64,000 nucleotides of DNA from Octopus vulgaris (Eukaryota): contig OX597817.1 in NCBI GenBank assembly GCA_951406725.2, forward strand, positions 90,148,001 through 90,212,000. The letters are read 5' to 3'. The notes beneath the pieces were generated by a model that did no database searches, was not told the DNA's origin, and saw nothing but the letters and a program-made list of their open reading frames with translations. This document shows positions 27,121-40,903 of this stretch, piece by piece (the first letter of the stretch is position 1; each line of letters begins with the position of its first letter). The translations under genes were made by a program, and so were the position numbers.

Positions 27121-27994
27121 CAGGGAGCAGTGAATATATTGTCTAAATTATGCAAAGATGAAAATAACACTGACATCTCATTTTAACAGATATATTTACC
27201 AAAATTATATAAAAATATCTTAAAATACTAAAGAGTAAATTTATTCAATAAAATTGCAATTAGCTTCAACCATGGTCTCCAGACGACTTTGGAATCTCCT
27301 GCAACTCTGCTGGACAGTCTCCTTGTTTAAGTTGGTGAATGCTGCCATAATCTTTGCTTTCAGTTCATCTTTGGTGTTACAAGGAGTTTTGTAGATCTCT
27401 CACTCAACTGTGCCCCACACATAATAATCAAAGGGGATGCAGTCTAGGGAGTTAGGTGACCAGATGCTAGGGGTGATGTGGTTGCAGAAATTCTCTGACA
27501 GCCATGACTGGGTTCTCCTGCTTGTGTAGCATGGTGCAGAGTCCTGTTGCCAGTCATAGGGTCTTCCAGCAGCCATCCTCTTGACCCAGAACAGCACTAC
27601 CACCTCCAGGTACTTGATGTAGGCTTATGTGTTGAGTCTGAGGCTGTGTGGGAAGATAAATGATTAGAGGCATAATGTCACTATCACTAGTGATCATTCC
27701 AAACACCATGATGTTTGATTTTTATCACCCTCAGTACATGTTTTTGGGACATGGAAAGGCAACGGATGTTTTGTGTGTTCACATCTGTTCGTATTGGAGC
27801 TTCCAATGTGAATGCCAAGCAGTACAGCATGTTGTTTACAAATTTCTAGTGGAGTGAATTGTATCATTGTGCTGTTTTTCTCACAGATGCTGCCCAAATG
27901 ACCCTACTACACTGTATAGTCCATAAAATCAAAAACAAACATGTGCATACATGAAATTAAAAATATAAAATGGTGACAATTTACCCATCGCACC

Positions 27995-27997
<3 letters not shown>
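27121..27997 (-). mobile_element. Internally deleted Tc1/mariner-superfamily element (maT/DD37D-like)
   Basis: Diverged TIRs cagggagcagtgaatatattgtc / gacaatttacccatcgcaccctg with TA-like flanks. WQQDSAPC.TSRRTQSWL.ENF...WSPNS.DC.P.DYYVW. Confidence 0.85.
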
Positions 27998-28046
<49 letters not shown>

Positions 28047-28079
28047 TCACATATGAAAACACACATACCTATATCTACA

Positions 28080-28155
<76 letters not shown>

Positions 28156-29400
28156 TATATAACTATAAAAAGGAGTTTGTATGTGTGTGTGTGCATGTGT
28201 GTGTATGTGCATGCATGCGTATGTTCCTTATGTATTCCAAAACTGAGTTGCTGATTTGACATAAAGAGTATCAAAAGATTTAGTAAGCTTTTGGCTACTA
28301 ACTAAACTGCATTTTCATTCACATATTTGCATTACAAAAATTCAAGATTATCATTTTTCTTTTAGTACATGACATTTTATCTCACAACCACAAAGAAAAT
28401 GACGTCACATTTTCTATATGAGTGTGTTCGCACGTTTGTTACTTATGTTAGGCCAATGACTGACAAGTATATGTGTGTGACGGTGTATGTATCTGTCAGT
28501 ATACATACATTTTTGTGATGACTGACACACACACACACATCTAAAGACAGAGACAGACACATTCAGGGACAGAGATAGGCTTCAGGTGTACATTAATGTA
28601 TGTGTGTGTGTCTTAGTTTAAGTATGTAACTACCCCCACTAACAGTGAAACGCACCACTATTGAAAGTTTACTTGTGGCCTGGACTTCAAACAAACAGCA
28701 ATGTTCACTCCCAAGTACTACCAACACGAAGATTTGGCTGATTTAATGCTACGCACAATACTCACAAATATATCTGAAAAAAATATTATTCTGGTTATTA
28801 TAACAAATTCAGAAATTTGGAAATGTAGAAAGTCTCAGCGGCTCTTTCAATATAATTACAGAAACGTTATCCCACTCCTTTTAATCAGTTTCAAGGTAAT
28901 GTTTTTTTTAACAGTCCTTGTATTCTTCATCACTTTGAGTATCAACATCGTACAACCATTTTACTGCATTACTCAGTATTTATTCTACAGCATCTTCTTT
29001 TTTATTCACTTTGTTCAGCATTCATTTCAAAATTGTAAAATAAATTATTTTTGTATAATAATTGAATTATGCCTTCTGAATTTTCTTGGACTCACACTTT
29101 CTTTCTCATGACATTCATTCAATTGCAAATTTTATAACATTTAGTACATGTTCCAAATAAATGTAGACTTTCTGTACTTTCTTACATTGGTGACGCAAAC
29201 TAACTTTTGCTAAATTGGTGACTTTCCATTTTTTTGTAGCATAACTATGCTACAGAAAGTATGTTTTGCACCTATATTGACTACATTTCATTTCGCTTGA
29301 ACTTTGTATGTGTACATTTTGCTGTTTTCAATATCATCAATTCTATGAGTGTGTGTTTCTGCATTCCTTACATCTATAGTAAACTATAGTAAAGAACATT

Positions 29401-29935
29401 TTACACTGTTTTAATGAGTCCACATCTAATGATGTAGCCATCCTTATGGTTGGTGATCCCCATGAAAATCATAATATTCTCATTCATGTTCAAGATAACA
29501 ACCTTAAACATGTTTCACAGACTCGTATCTCTTATGATGCTCTCCAATATACTCTTATTCTGTGGAATGGACAAGATGGGTGTTATTTCAATATTCTTCA
29601 GATTGAATCAGCAACAGGATAGCCAATTACAAACAAAAGGGTGTCGTCAAATGTCTTCTATTCTTACCAACTGATGTTAAGACCAGAACAATCAAATTAT
29701 TTCTACTATAAGCACAAAGAGACCAGTCGATTACATCAACATCAGTGTCTCACGGGTACTTAATTTACCAATCCCCAAAAGGATGAAAGGCAAAGTTGAC
29801 CCCAGTGGCATTTGAACTCAGAACGTAAAGACAAGTGAAATACAGCTCAAGCATTTTGCCTAGCATGCTAACGATTCTGCCAGCTTGCTGCCTTCCAGAA
29901 CAATCAAATCAATTACACATGTCAAATAAACTTTA
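29401..29935 (+). mobile_element. Helitron Rep/helicase N-terminal fragment, interrupted by a SINE
   Basis: Frame from 29401 reads FNESTSNDVAILMVGDPHENHNILIH...SYDALQYTLILWNGQDG...VSSNVFYSYQLMLR, the Helitron pattern FN.PT..EVA...YD.LQYPL....G..G...FY.YRLM.R. One in-frame stop. Confidence 0.8.
29698..29894 (-). mobile_element. SINE family A with 15-bp target-site duplication
   Basis: TSD ccagaacaatcaaat at 29683-29697 and 29895-29909. Confidence 0.9.
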
Positions 29936-30611
29936 TTTTCATTCACATAATTTCTATGTTATCTCAACAATCAGCTATAGTTATTTCAAATAAACTTCTC
30001 TATAAGACCAGGTTTCATTACAAAATGAAAATAGTTTCACACTTTCAATTTGAACCAAAATTACAAAGTGTTGCATTGTGAGAGTGACGGTGTGTGAAAT
30101 ATAAAAGAAAGCTGCTTATTATCTATATACCAAATAAACTATATTTTTGACTCAACAACTCTTTTTTTACAATTAAAATAACCTTGGCAACTAGGTTGGG
30201 TCACACAATTCTGAAGTTCTTCTTGGACAATCTTTTGAATTGCTTCTAATGTATCACTTTCATCCAATGTTTCACACATGCATAGAATTCTACTCAGACA
30301 AACATTTATGAAAATGTATATGTATATAACAAAAGCTACCATGTATGTATGCCCCAGTTAGGCTTGTTCTCATCCATTTAGATATATGTTCCACCATCAC
30401 CATTACTAAAAACACAATGATCATCAAACCCACCATTACCACCACAGTTATTCTATCTTGTTAACAGTGAACAAAGCTACTACTTTTGAGAAAAGTAACA
30501 AGACGAGAATGATGAAGTGATAAATTAATGTGGTTTGTCAAGTGCAATAAGTTGAAACTTTGTGCATATATATATATATCTTTTAGCATAGCAAGGCAGT
30601 GTTTGAGACTG

Positions 30612-30648
<37 letters not shown>

Positions 30649-31561
30649 TTAGTCATTCTGAGTATGTTTTATCAGCAGCTTCTTCACTGTGAGACTGCAT
30701 ATCTTTTAAAATTCATATAATATTAGATTTGAGAGCAACTGATCAGGCAGATAAATGTATCAATGTAAGTATTTATATCTCTATATGTAAGCATGTTTGT
30801 GTATATCGATATGTGTACACAAATATATGTGTAAGAGTGAGAAAGTGTCAGAGAAAATGAATGCAAAATAAAAAGACTGTGCATACAATATTGACAATTG
30901 TTATTATTAGAGAACAAATGAAGCAATGTCACCAATAAACTGCTTCATGTAAAAGGGTGGGGAGAGGGAGTGAAAGAGATAAGAGGTGGGTCTATTGATG
31001 ACAATATAACACCATCAACAAAAACTTGGAATTAACTAAGATACTCAAACAATTGAACACCTAAGGCATTTCAGGACAAATAAAGAACTGATAATGGACA
31101 AAAAGGCTTTATACACACATACAATGTCAACCTGTCTGGAAAATGTAAGATAGGTGGAATCAAGAGCATCCTTATGCAGTCACAATTGTGCTGGCTATGT
31201 CATCAGAGTGAGTAATAAAAAAATATCCAAAGTCTTTATGTACAGCCAGTTTGATAGTGGGCACATGAATGTTGGTTGATCATGGCTCAGATATAAGGAC
31301 AAGCTGAAGAGTAACCTCTCAACAGTCAATATAACTCACAACACCTTTGAGCAAACAAAATGGAGATATTCATGTTAAAATAGTATAAAAGACTTTGTTT
31401 CAACCAGAATTAACAGGCTTAGGGGTACAAGGCAAAGGTGCCAAATGGCTGCAAATATACAGCCTGCACTGACCTGTAATCCTCATACTTGCAACATCTG
31501 TGAGCTTCTATGCAAATTGTTGGCTGAACTCGACAAAAAAAGTGCAGATTGTTGGGTCCAT

Positions 31562-31603
<42 letters not shown>

Positions 31604-32196
31604 AATAAATATATATATATATGCATGTATCTATTATGTATCATGGACCCTTGTAGATGACAGATAAGGGTCCAAAAATGTCTTGCTGAACAACCTGCAC
31701 AGATGGTTGGTTTATAGCGATCCAATGTATCAGCTGTATAACAGCTTAGTCAGTCCATCAAATCAGCATTGCCTGTGTAGGTGCATGGTGTATAACAGCT
31801 AGATAGAGAAGTGATGCAGAGCATGAAGTGTTTTGTTCAAGAGTGCAATGCACAGCTCCCCCCCCCACACACACACAGAATACGACTCATCCACAGAGAC
31901 AGTTGCCTCTGTGATGATGATTTATCAGAACATTCAAGCACTGATGTACCCATTGGATGAGGATTCTTAAGTTTTTAATATTCTTCAAAGAGACTCTCTT
32001 GCTCCACACATTTTAAAAAATCTGTTTGCAGATGGGTTATTCAGTGACATCAGCAAAGATTATGGATTTACACCTGAGAAAGCTAGATGTACAAGACATC
32101 CTACAATAAAGAAACTGGATGCAGTCAAAGAAGATGATCTTGCCATCTTTGCAGACAATATAGAATTAAGAGAGAAAATGTAACATGCACTCAAGA

Positions 32197-32426
32197 TGAT
32201 TACAGGTAAGTGCACTGCCATCAATTGATGAATCACAATCAATTCATCATGAAGAAAGTTCACCTTGAAGAAAGTTCACCATGGGGAAAGTTTACCAAGA
32301 AAATATAGCCATAGTATTGCACCATTAACAGTTCAAAACTATTTTATTAAAAAAACAAAAAAACAGTGAATTGATGACGATGAACTTTCCCTGTGGTGAA
32401 TTGATGAGGGTGAACTTACCATACAT
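32197..32426. mobile_element. MITE-like insertion with 8-bp target duplication
   Basis: actcaaga at 32189-32196 and 32427-32434; inverted ggtaagt.cac / gtgaacttacc; internal aaagttcacc and caattca subrepeats. Confidence 0.6.
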
Positions 32427-32683
32427 ACTCAAGACTGCTGTTGCACATATAGGACTCTATGCCAATGCTGGTAAGACTGAATACATGGGCTGTAATGTAA
32501 CTGGTGATATCTGTACTCTGAATGACACAAATCTGAAGATGGTTGATGACTCGGCCTACTTAGGAAGTAACATTACTTTCACAGAAAAGGCTGTCCAGTA
32601 AGAATTGCAAAATCATAGAATATCCTGCACAGACTCAGGATCATATGGAAGCCCTCCCTTCGTGACAACATAAAGAAAGAATT

Positions 32684-32900
32684 CTAACCCTTTTGTTACC
32701 ATACTTCTGCCTTTGTTTCAATTAATTTTTTTAAATAATGAAAAGTATAGTAAAATAACTTTCTTCGAATTAAGCTAGGGCCTGGAACAAATTAGCATAA
32801 CATTTTAATGGAAGATAATATATTAGACCATTTTAGAACATATAAGTTTATGTTAGAGAACCGAGGGTGGTCCTAGGCAGGATGGTATCAAAAGGTTTAA
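32684..32900. mobile_element. piggyBac-type MITE
   Basis: (c)taa-cccttttgttacc ... ggtatcaaaaggt-ttaa; the LINE reading resumes afterwards. Confidence 0.65.
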
Positions 32901-35647
32901 TGTAGTTATTGAATTAATAATTCTCTATGGTTCTTCAGCATGGACTCTGAACAAAAGACTTGACAGTACATATACTATCATCTTCTCTCTCTCTCTCTTT
33001 CTCCTTTTCCTTCTCTCTCTCTTTCTCTTCCCCTCCTCTGACTGAGGTAGCCATGCGCCTCTTCTACAGCAAGGCCTCTGTTTCTATCTCTGACATATTT
33101 AACCTCTCATCACATTGCACAAACCACCTCCCTCATTACTACTTCCCTTCTCAGCTGAGAGCTCTATGTCATGTAAAGTTACTTGGTGACCTTACTGGTG
33201 CTGGTACCACACGAAAAGCATCCTGTACACTCCATAAAGTGGTTGGTGATAGGAAGAGCATCCAGCTGTAGAAACCATGCCAAGGCAGACAGTAGAGTTT
33301 GGCACAGTCCTTTGGCTTGTTAGCTTCTGTTAAACCATCCAACCCATTGCCAGCTTGGAAAACTGATGACAATGATGATGATCTCACACATACACACAAA
33401 CACACAAAAACATTTTTGATATATTTCATTAGGGACTGAAATGCTCGAGGAACCAATAAATGGTAGTGATGTGAGAATATTAGAATTTCTGAATTTTATG
33501 ATTAGATAATGATAATAACGATGATGATAAAATCCAGAGAGATGTAGACATTTTGAGATATCAGTTGTTAGAGTTACCAAGGCAACCAGCTGATAAGTCA
33601 CAAGTTCATATACTGATAAATATGTTACTTGATCAAGGGACCTAACATTCAAACTGTTTAATCTCCAGGAAATGAGAAAGACCCTCTGCTGGTTTAATTA
33701 GGTTAAGCAGTCTTAGATATACAATGGTTTGACAAAAACAAAAAAGAAAAAAACAAAAGAGATCGCATCATCTTATCTGGTCATAGATCTACTAGATCAA
33801 AATTGACTTAGGGATAAATAACAGCTATGGTAACCAGCTATCCAAGGGTTAGACTCTCTATGTGAGTGCTAGAAATAGAAATGAAATGTTTCCCTATAAG
33901 ATTTTACTGTATTCGAAAAAATTAAAAACATTGGATAATATGTGAGAAAAAAAATGTGATAGCTGGAATATCTTTGTTTACAGGTCTGTTGGATCAGGAA
34001 TGATTTTGGGTTAAATAATAAAATCTCAAAACCTCGAGAAAAAACCAGCAATTTCCTTCAGAAAGGGACAGGCACATTTGAAAAGGTAGTCCTAGATACA
34101 CCATGCATGAAGGAAAAAGATTAGTAAAGTTGGAATATCTTTTATTATAGCCTTGGTGGATCAGCATTAACTTGGGTCTCGGTCTTTCTCTTTCTCTCTC
34201 TCCCTTTATGTACCACACCTACAGGTATCAGCAATCATGAAGGTCCATGACTAAAACCTGAAGATTCAAGACTTTTCTGGGGAAAGATACAGTAGTTACT
34301 TCCTGTCACCAGATACTGGTTTATTTACAGGATGCACTGCTAGTGTTCTGCTCTCTCAAACTTATCCTTGAGGCAAAGGCCCGCTTAACCATTACACAGT
34401 GGTTCATGTGGCATCAAGTCATGTCTACATTCTCCAAAACTCCTGAAATTCCAAGTTGGAACTTCACCACTGTATGCAGGTTAATGTCTTGTCCAAGGCT
34501 GAACAGTAATAACAATAACAATGGCAAGAAGCTTCTCTATGGTTTCTTGACTTGCTATAAACAATTGCCAAATTCACCTCAAATTATTCTACTGGAAGAA
34601 TACTTTTGATAGCATGTTCCTTCACAGAGTGACTGAAGGTGGAAATGTCTTTCATCATAGGTCTGCTTTATTGTGGATTTCCATGTGCTAAAGAGCAACA
34701 ATATAAGATTGATAGTGAAAAAGAGGTAATATTAAAAAATTGAATTGGCAGAATTGATAAAACATTGAATGAAATCGTTTGTGATATTTATTCCAGACTT
34801 GCACTTTCTGAGTTCAAATCCTGCAGAGGTCTTTCATCCTTCTGGGACCAATAAATAAAATATTAATCTTGAGCATTGGTTCAGCAGAATCACTAGACAG
34901 TTGGATTGGATGCCTTACAATACTTGTAAACAGCACTTTATATTCTGAGTTCAAATCTCACTGTAGTCAACTTGAGTGGTCAATTTGATTTACCCTTCAT
35001 TTAACATTACAACCAAGGTGGTCTCTGGGTGCCTTCAGTGGAATTCACTTTGTTGCAAATATTTAGGCTATATCTCTGGTTTATGAATACCTCTCTTCCT
35101 TCCTCTCACTGGTTTTGGAAACCCTGCTAAGGGTTATGAGTATTATCCTTCCCGCCCAACTATACCTTTCCACTGTTTTAAAAGATGTAATAATTATGGT
35201 ACTAAAACAGCCATTTACACAATATTCTTAATTCTAAACTGCTCCCACTAACCACTAATCATCAGCTCCTCACAACTCAAATTACTTGGATAATTAATTG
35301 TTGCACATGGAAGAAACGGTTGGGATTTTCAGTGGCATTTAGCACATTTTTCATCGACTTGATATGTTGGCTGTTGTTGAAGGTTTATAGCAATGGCAGA
35401 GAAATTCATTATTAAATGAAGTTAAGTCCAGATTAGTTACTATGTAATCAAATATAATGAGTCAGTTTCTATAGGCTGATGCCAGACACAGTTCTTGGTT
35501 GATAAATAGAGGAAAGGTTCATGTGGCAATGTTTAGATTAGGCTTTCATTCAATTCCCATTTCATCACGAGTGCCATAAAGACAGTGTAAAATGAAACTG
35601 AACTGACACAACATAAGTGTGTTTGTGTGTGTGCGTGTGCATGCAAG

Positions 35648-35650
<3 letters not shown>

Positions 35651-35716
<66 letters not shown>

Positions 35717-35733
35717 GAGAGAGAGAGAGAGAG
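35651..35733. repeat. (GA)n microsatellite
   Basis: Direct reading. Confidence 0.97.
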
Positions 35734-35929
35734 ATGGAGTATGTCTGTGTGTGCAAGGGTGTGTATGAGTGTGCAAGAAACAGGAGCCTTATTTACTTAA
35801 TTTATGACCCAACAAGTATAATTAGGATATTTTATGACGCAAATTCTCCACTTATAGAACAATTTTTTTCATGATCACTCCATATCAATTCTTACTATTA
35901 TCTTAACATTAGTTATGACAATGTCAGAA

Positions 35930-36505
35930 TCATCATCATCATCATTATCATCGTTTAACATCCATTTTCCATGCTGGCATGGGTGGGACGGTTTGACTGA
36001 GGTCTGGAAAGCCAGGAGGCCACACCAGGCTCCAATCTGATATGGCAATGTTTCTACAGCTGAATGCCCTTTCTAACACCAACCACTCTGAGAGTGTAGC
36101 AGGTGCTTTTTATATGCCACCAGAACATGCACTGGCATTGGCCACGTTTGGATGGTGCTTTTTACGTGTCACAAACACAGGAGCCAGTCAGGGGGTACTG
36201 GCATTGACCACGTTCAGATGGTGTATTTTATGTGCCACAGGCATGGGGCACTGGCCACAGCTACTTTTTGGCTTTACTTGACTCAACAGGTCTTCTCAAG
36301 CATATCATATTGCCCGATGCATCAAGAGTACTCTGAAATGGGCTAGACATGCAATACTGACATCGGCCATGGCTGCAATCTCACTTTAGTTGGCAGGTCT
36401 CTTCAATCACAGTATATCTCCAAATGTCTCGGTCTCCTTTTATAGCCTCTGTGAGGCCCTATGTTCGAAGTTCATGCTTCACCACCTCATCCATGTCTAC
36501 CTGTC
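35930..36505 (-). mobile_element. RTE LINE 3' fragment
   Basis: (CAT)n tail, cgtttaac.tcc.ttttccatgct 3' motif and ORF end (DEVVKHELRT). Shorter 3' tails at about 17540-17838, 33160-33380, 37630-38070 and 60450-60830. Confidence 0.8.
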
Positions 36506-36799
36506 ATCCATGTCTTGTGTGCAACATATTTCATGATATGGCTATGATTGATTAAATTGGCACCTTCACCAAGATAGCCTTCTAGTGGGGGTTGTTAGAA
36601 AAAAACAATAAAAACAATAGCCTTGAAAAGGATGGATGAAAACGACATAGGATCAGTGACTATCTAGCACTGGTGCAAGTACAACACTGGTGTGGGTAAT
36701 AGCAATATCTAAAAAATATCAACATAAACAACATACAAGCAGACATACACATGTATTGATATATTACATATAGTATATTATGCATGTCTGTGTGTATAT

Positions 36800-36845
<46 letters not shown>

Positions 36846-37719
36846 ACACACACACACACGCACACATACATGTATATATATTGCTTAAGATTTTAGGTGC
36901 CTATGTAGTCACGAGCAGGCATAGGTACCCCCTCGGCTCTCTCTCTCTCTCTCTCTCTCTTGACCATCAAGGATGTGGCAGCTGGAGGGAGATAGAAAGC
37001 TGCACTAGCAGTTGGCTGGTACTTATTTTCAGCTGAATAGACTGTAGTAACATGGAATGATGTACTTTGCTCATTGACACAATGTGCTGGCCTGGTCTAG
37101 GAAGTAAACCCATGACCTTATAGCTGTGAGACCAAGATCCTAATCACAAGGCTATGCACCTTTATGAAACAATTAGTGAAAGTGTGGTGCAAGTCTCTAG
37201 GTCATAATCACTTGCAAGAGGTGGCTAAGCATATATATATATATATACACATAAAATGTAGTCGCCTAAAAATCCATAAGTCAGAAAAAATATGCACTTG
37301 TATATTTGTCTACAGCATTATAGATCCATCTTAGCTGATCTCACCAATCAGTTTTGCACTGGGTATATCACTGGATATTAGATAAAAGTCAGTTAAGTAA
37401 CACAATGTACTTTTCAGATATGGCAGATATGGAAAAAAAATGGTGTCTCTCTTTTGCCTTATTTTTTCCACACCTGCCACCTCTGAAGAGCACATGATGT
37501 TGCTTAACTGACCCATTAGCTAATATCTGGTGATCTAACACCAAGTGCAAAACTGATTAGTAAGATCATCTGAAATGAATCTATAATACTGTATACTTTG
37601 ATAAACACACACACACACACACACATCAATCATTATTATCATCATTATCCATTTTATGCTCTCTTTCCATGCTCTCATGGTTTGGGTCAGTTGGATTGAC
37701 AAGATCCAGTGGGTTGGAG

Positions 37720-37938
37720 CAGTGGTTTTCAACCAGGGTTCCGTGGAACCTTAGGGTTCCGCCAGTACAGTCCAGAGGTTCCGCAAGAAGTTACAAAACT
37801 GCTAAAATCGGCTGTAATTTTTAATTCTCCTGTGCAGATATGTGTGCATAAGACTATTAAATTATTGCACAGGGGTTCCTCGAGCCAGTGGAATGTTTCC
37901 TTGGGGTTCCGCTCCAGCAAAAATGTTGAAAAGCACTG
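37720..37938. mobile_element. hAT-family MITE
   Basis: TIR cagtggttttcaac / gttgaaaagcactg and a perfect 8-bp TSD ggttggag (37712-37719, 37939-37946). Inserted in an RTE 3' tail. Confidence 0.93.
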
Positions 37939-38165
37939 GGTTGGAGAATTGCATTCTGTTCCAATGTCTCAGTTCAGACATGGTTTCTACAGCTAGATAC
38001 TCTTCCTAATGCCAACTTCTTTATCAAGTGTACTGCACACTTTTTTCATGGCACCAGCCTTGTAACTTGCATGAGTGAAGAGGTCCCGAGAGAGAGAGAG
38101 GGAGAGAGAGAGTGGTGACTTTTGGTAAGGTGGTGTAAGAGGGTAAACTATTGTTGTAAGAGGGC

Positions 38166-38199
<34 letters not shown>

Positions 38200-39283
38200 T
38201 GGGGACATGTGCTGTAATAGTGCATTGCTGCATCCACCATTTGTTGCTAAATCCCTATTCCCGAAGGAAGGCACCTTTGACCCACTCAGGTGACAACCCT
38301 CCGACCCATGGGTCTCTTTTGGATAGTCGTTGCTGGTGAGGTTTTTATGAGGTCAGAGTGCAAATCCTACCTCAACTTCTTTTAGTTGCCTTTTACGACA
38401 TGCAGAGGGAATGCTGGGTAAATTTTTTGGCATGTTGGTTCCCACACAGCATGGTGACAGGAACAGTGTAGACATTGTTGATGGGGAGTATGGAATGGAT
38501 ATGCCAAATGGCAAGGAATTAATGTCATGCATTTGTGAAAAAGTGAGGGACAGAATAGTAAGTGTGAATAGGGTAAGCTGTATAACGGTGCTATCTCCTG
38601 TTATGATGGTGAAAGTGGGCAAAATGAGTGAGTGGAAGGGAACGTAAACAGAGGAAGAGATGAGGGTGGAAAAGGTCATTCCAAAGAGGGCCATAGAAGG
38701 AAAGTGTTGTGAGGTTGGGCTGGAGAGGAAGAGATGAAAGGGTGTTGAGTGACACAGGAACTGTGGAGAGAAGACAGTGAGAGAGAGAAGCAGAAGGATA
38801 TCCAGCTATAGAATTTATTCCGAAATTCAAACATGCAAATGAGATATGGCTCTCCCATCTCAAAGGGCAGAAACTCCAAATAGGAAACAACTGTGAGGGT
38901 CTGTCCAACCCATGCTAGTGTAGAGAGCAAACAGAAAATACTGCTACTACTGTTGTTGATGATGCTGACAATAGTGATATTTAGTCCACAAATATTGCTA
39001 CTATAGAATTCATCACATAAACAAATTGAATTATTTAAGAAAGGACAACAACAATGACTAAAAATCTGCCCACTAACACCCAGCTGTAGCAATAATGTGT
39101 GTAATAGTATGTATATATGTTTGTTAATGTGTGGGAATGACAGTGTGTTTATTAGTATGTGTATACGAATGCAGGATTATATACGCAAGTGAAAAAGTAC
39201 TGATCACTCTGTATGTAATGAGTTGAGTGCTTGAATGAATGCATTTATGTATATGTACCTCTGTGAATTTGTGTGTGCATGCA

Positions 39284-39354
<71 letters not shown>

Positions 39355-40432
39355 AGTGAGTGAGTGAAGGTGTATGTGTGAATGTATTTACGCAAATGTG
39401 TGTGAGTATATGAGTATGAGAATATGAGTGCACAAGTGAATGCATGCGTGTAAGTGTTGAATAGTGGGTGTATATTCAATTACAAAGAAGAAAAGCCATC
39501 GTAAGAGAGGCATTGTGGAGGATTTGATTGACAAGAACAGTTGGTGAGGGGTTGAGAGTGATTAAAAAGAAAGGGAGAGGCTCTGGACAAATATGGGACA
39601 CACACACACACACACACACATGTATATATATTGCTATACACATATACGTAAAGACATACATACATGTATGTATGTAGATATGTAGACACATGCATATATA
39701 CATATATAAATAGACATGTCTTTATACATACACACACGTAAGTGTGTGTATAGATCATTCCTAAAGCTGTTAGCTGAGATTAGATTACAGGGGATAAATC
39801 TTTCATTTATAATTAACGATGAAAACCTCATAGGAGAATTTAGCAAAGAAACCTTCCCCCACCACTGTGAAAGAAAAGTGTTAAGACAGTTAAAAAAAAA
39901 GGACAAAAACAAATTGAAACAACACAGAAAACAAAACAACAAATACAAAAAACATAAAAATAGACCAAAGGAAATGAAGTAAAAAGAAATCAATAATATT
40001 CAAAAGCACAAAAGAATAAAGAAAAAATAATAGAAAATGTTCAGAGCAATATTGCTTCAATATAAGGATTCTTCAGTAATAGCCAAAGGATTTCTAAGAA
40101 AGTTGATTTTTCTTTGGTAATTGGGTTGTGAAGAACTGGAAAGGTGATGCTAAATAAATACCACTGACTGAAGCTTAGAAATCTATCGAACTGGCCCCTC
40201 CTTTCTGGAGAAAGTCTAGGTTTGTTCTTTTGAATATTATTCAGATTTATTGGGGCTGCTACATGCAGTGGAGATGGATGAGTGTATCCTGCAACTATAT
40301 AAGTTTCAAACAGTCTTTTGTTCCATCTCATAATTCTTGGGTTTTTGGTTCAAATCCCATCAGCAATGTTTTCAATTTGCTTTTTTGTACCCTGATTGCA
40401 TATGGGAGTGTGGGGAGAGGAAGCAATAAATA

Positions 40433-40903
40433 ACACTGTGTAACACGATTTTTGTCCTTGCATAGAAACTGTTATTTCCTATTTGCTTGCTCTCAGAAAG
40501 TGTGAAAAATGGCTAATATTTGCTTCAAACTTTGCTTTTGTTACATTTATTCAAACTATAAAAAATCCCTCTCAGCACATGGCTATGATGCTCTCCCACA
40601 CTCCTGCTCATGAACAGAGATGCACATATTGTTAGTCAAGCAACTGACAAGCAAATCTGTGGTGCTGAGCCTGAATATTTGCAATAATGCTATTTCTGCT
40701 TCAGCAACTCAGTGCTGAATCTGCCTGAAATGTATTGGAAAATAAGTCAGTTTCAAAACATTGATGTCCAGGTCACAAAAGCAAAGTTTGAAGGTAATAA
40801 TAGTCATTTCCTTTGTTTTCTAGATAGAATCAAATAGTATAGGAAATAATACTTACTGACCAAAGACAAAAAATAAATAAATAAAAATTTTGTTACACCA
40901 TGT
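40433..40903. mobile_element. MITE with long diverged inverted termini
   Basis: tgtaaca...tatttcctat...cttcaaactttgcttttgt pairs with acaaaagcaaagtttgaag...ataggaaata...tgttaca. Confidence 0.7.

Larger units (their letters stand above)
31950..32970 (+). mobile_element. Old RTE-like LINE RT fragment with two nested MITEs
   Basis: DDLAIFADNIE, IGLYANAGKTEYM, VDDSAYLGS and ILYGSSAWTLNK occur in the correct order across the insertions. Confidence 0.72.

Noticed and set aside
38272-38920. Several overlapping 100-140 aa ORFs
   Set aside because: No recognisable domain or splice-compatible exon; probably decayed retroelement sequence that I cannot classify.
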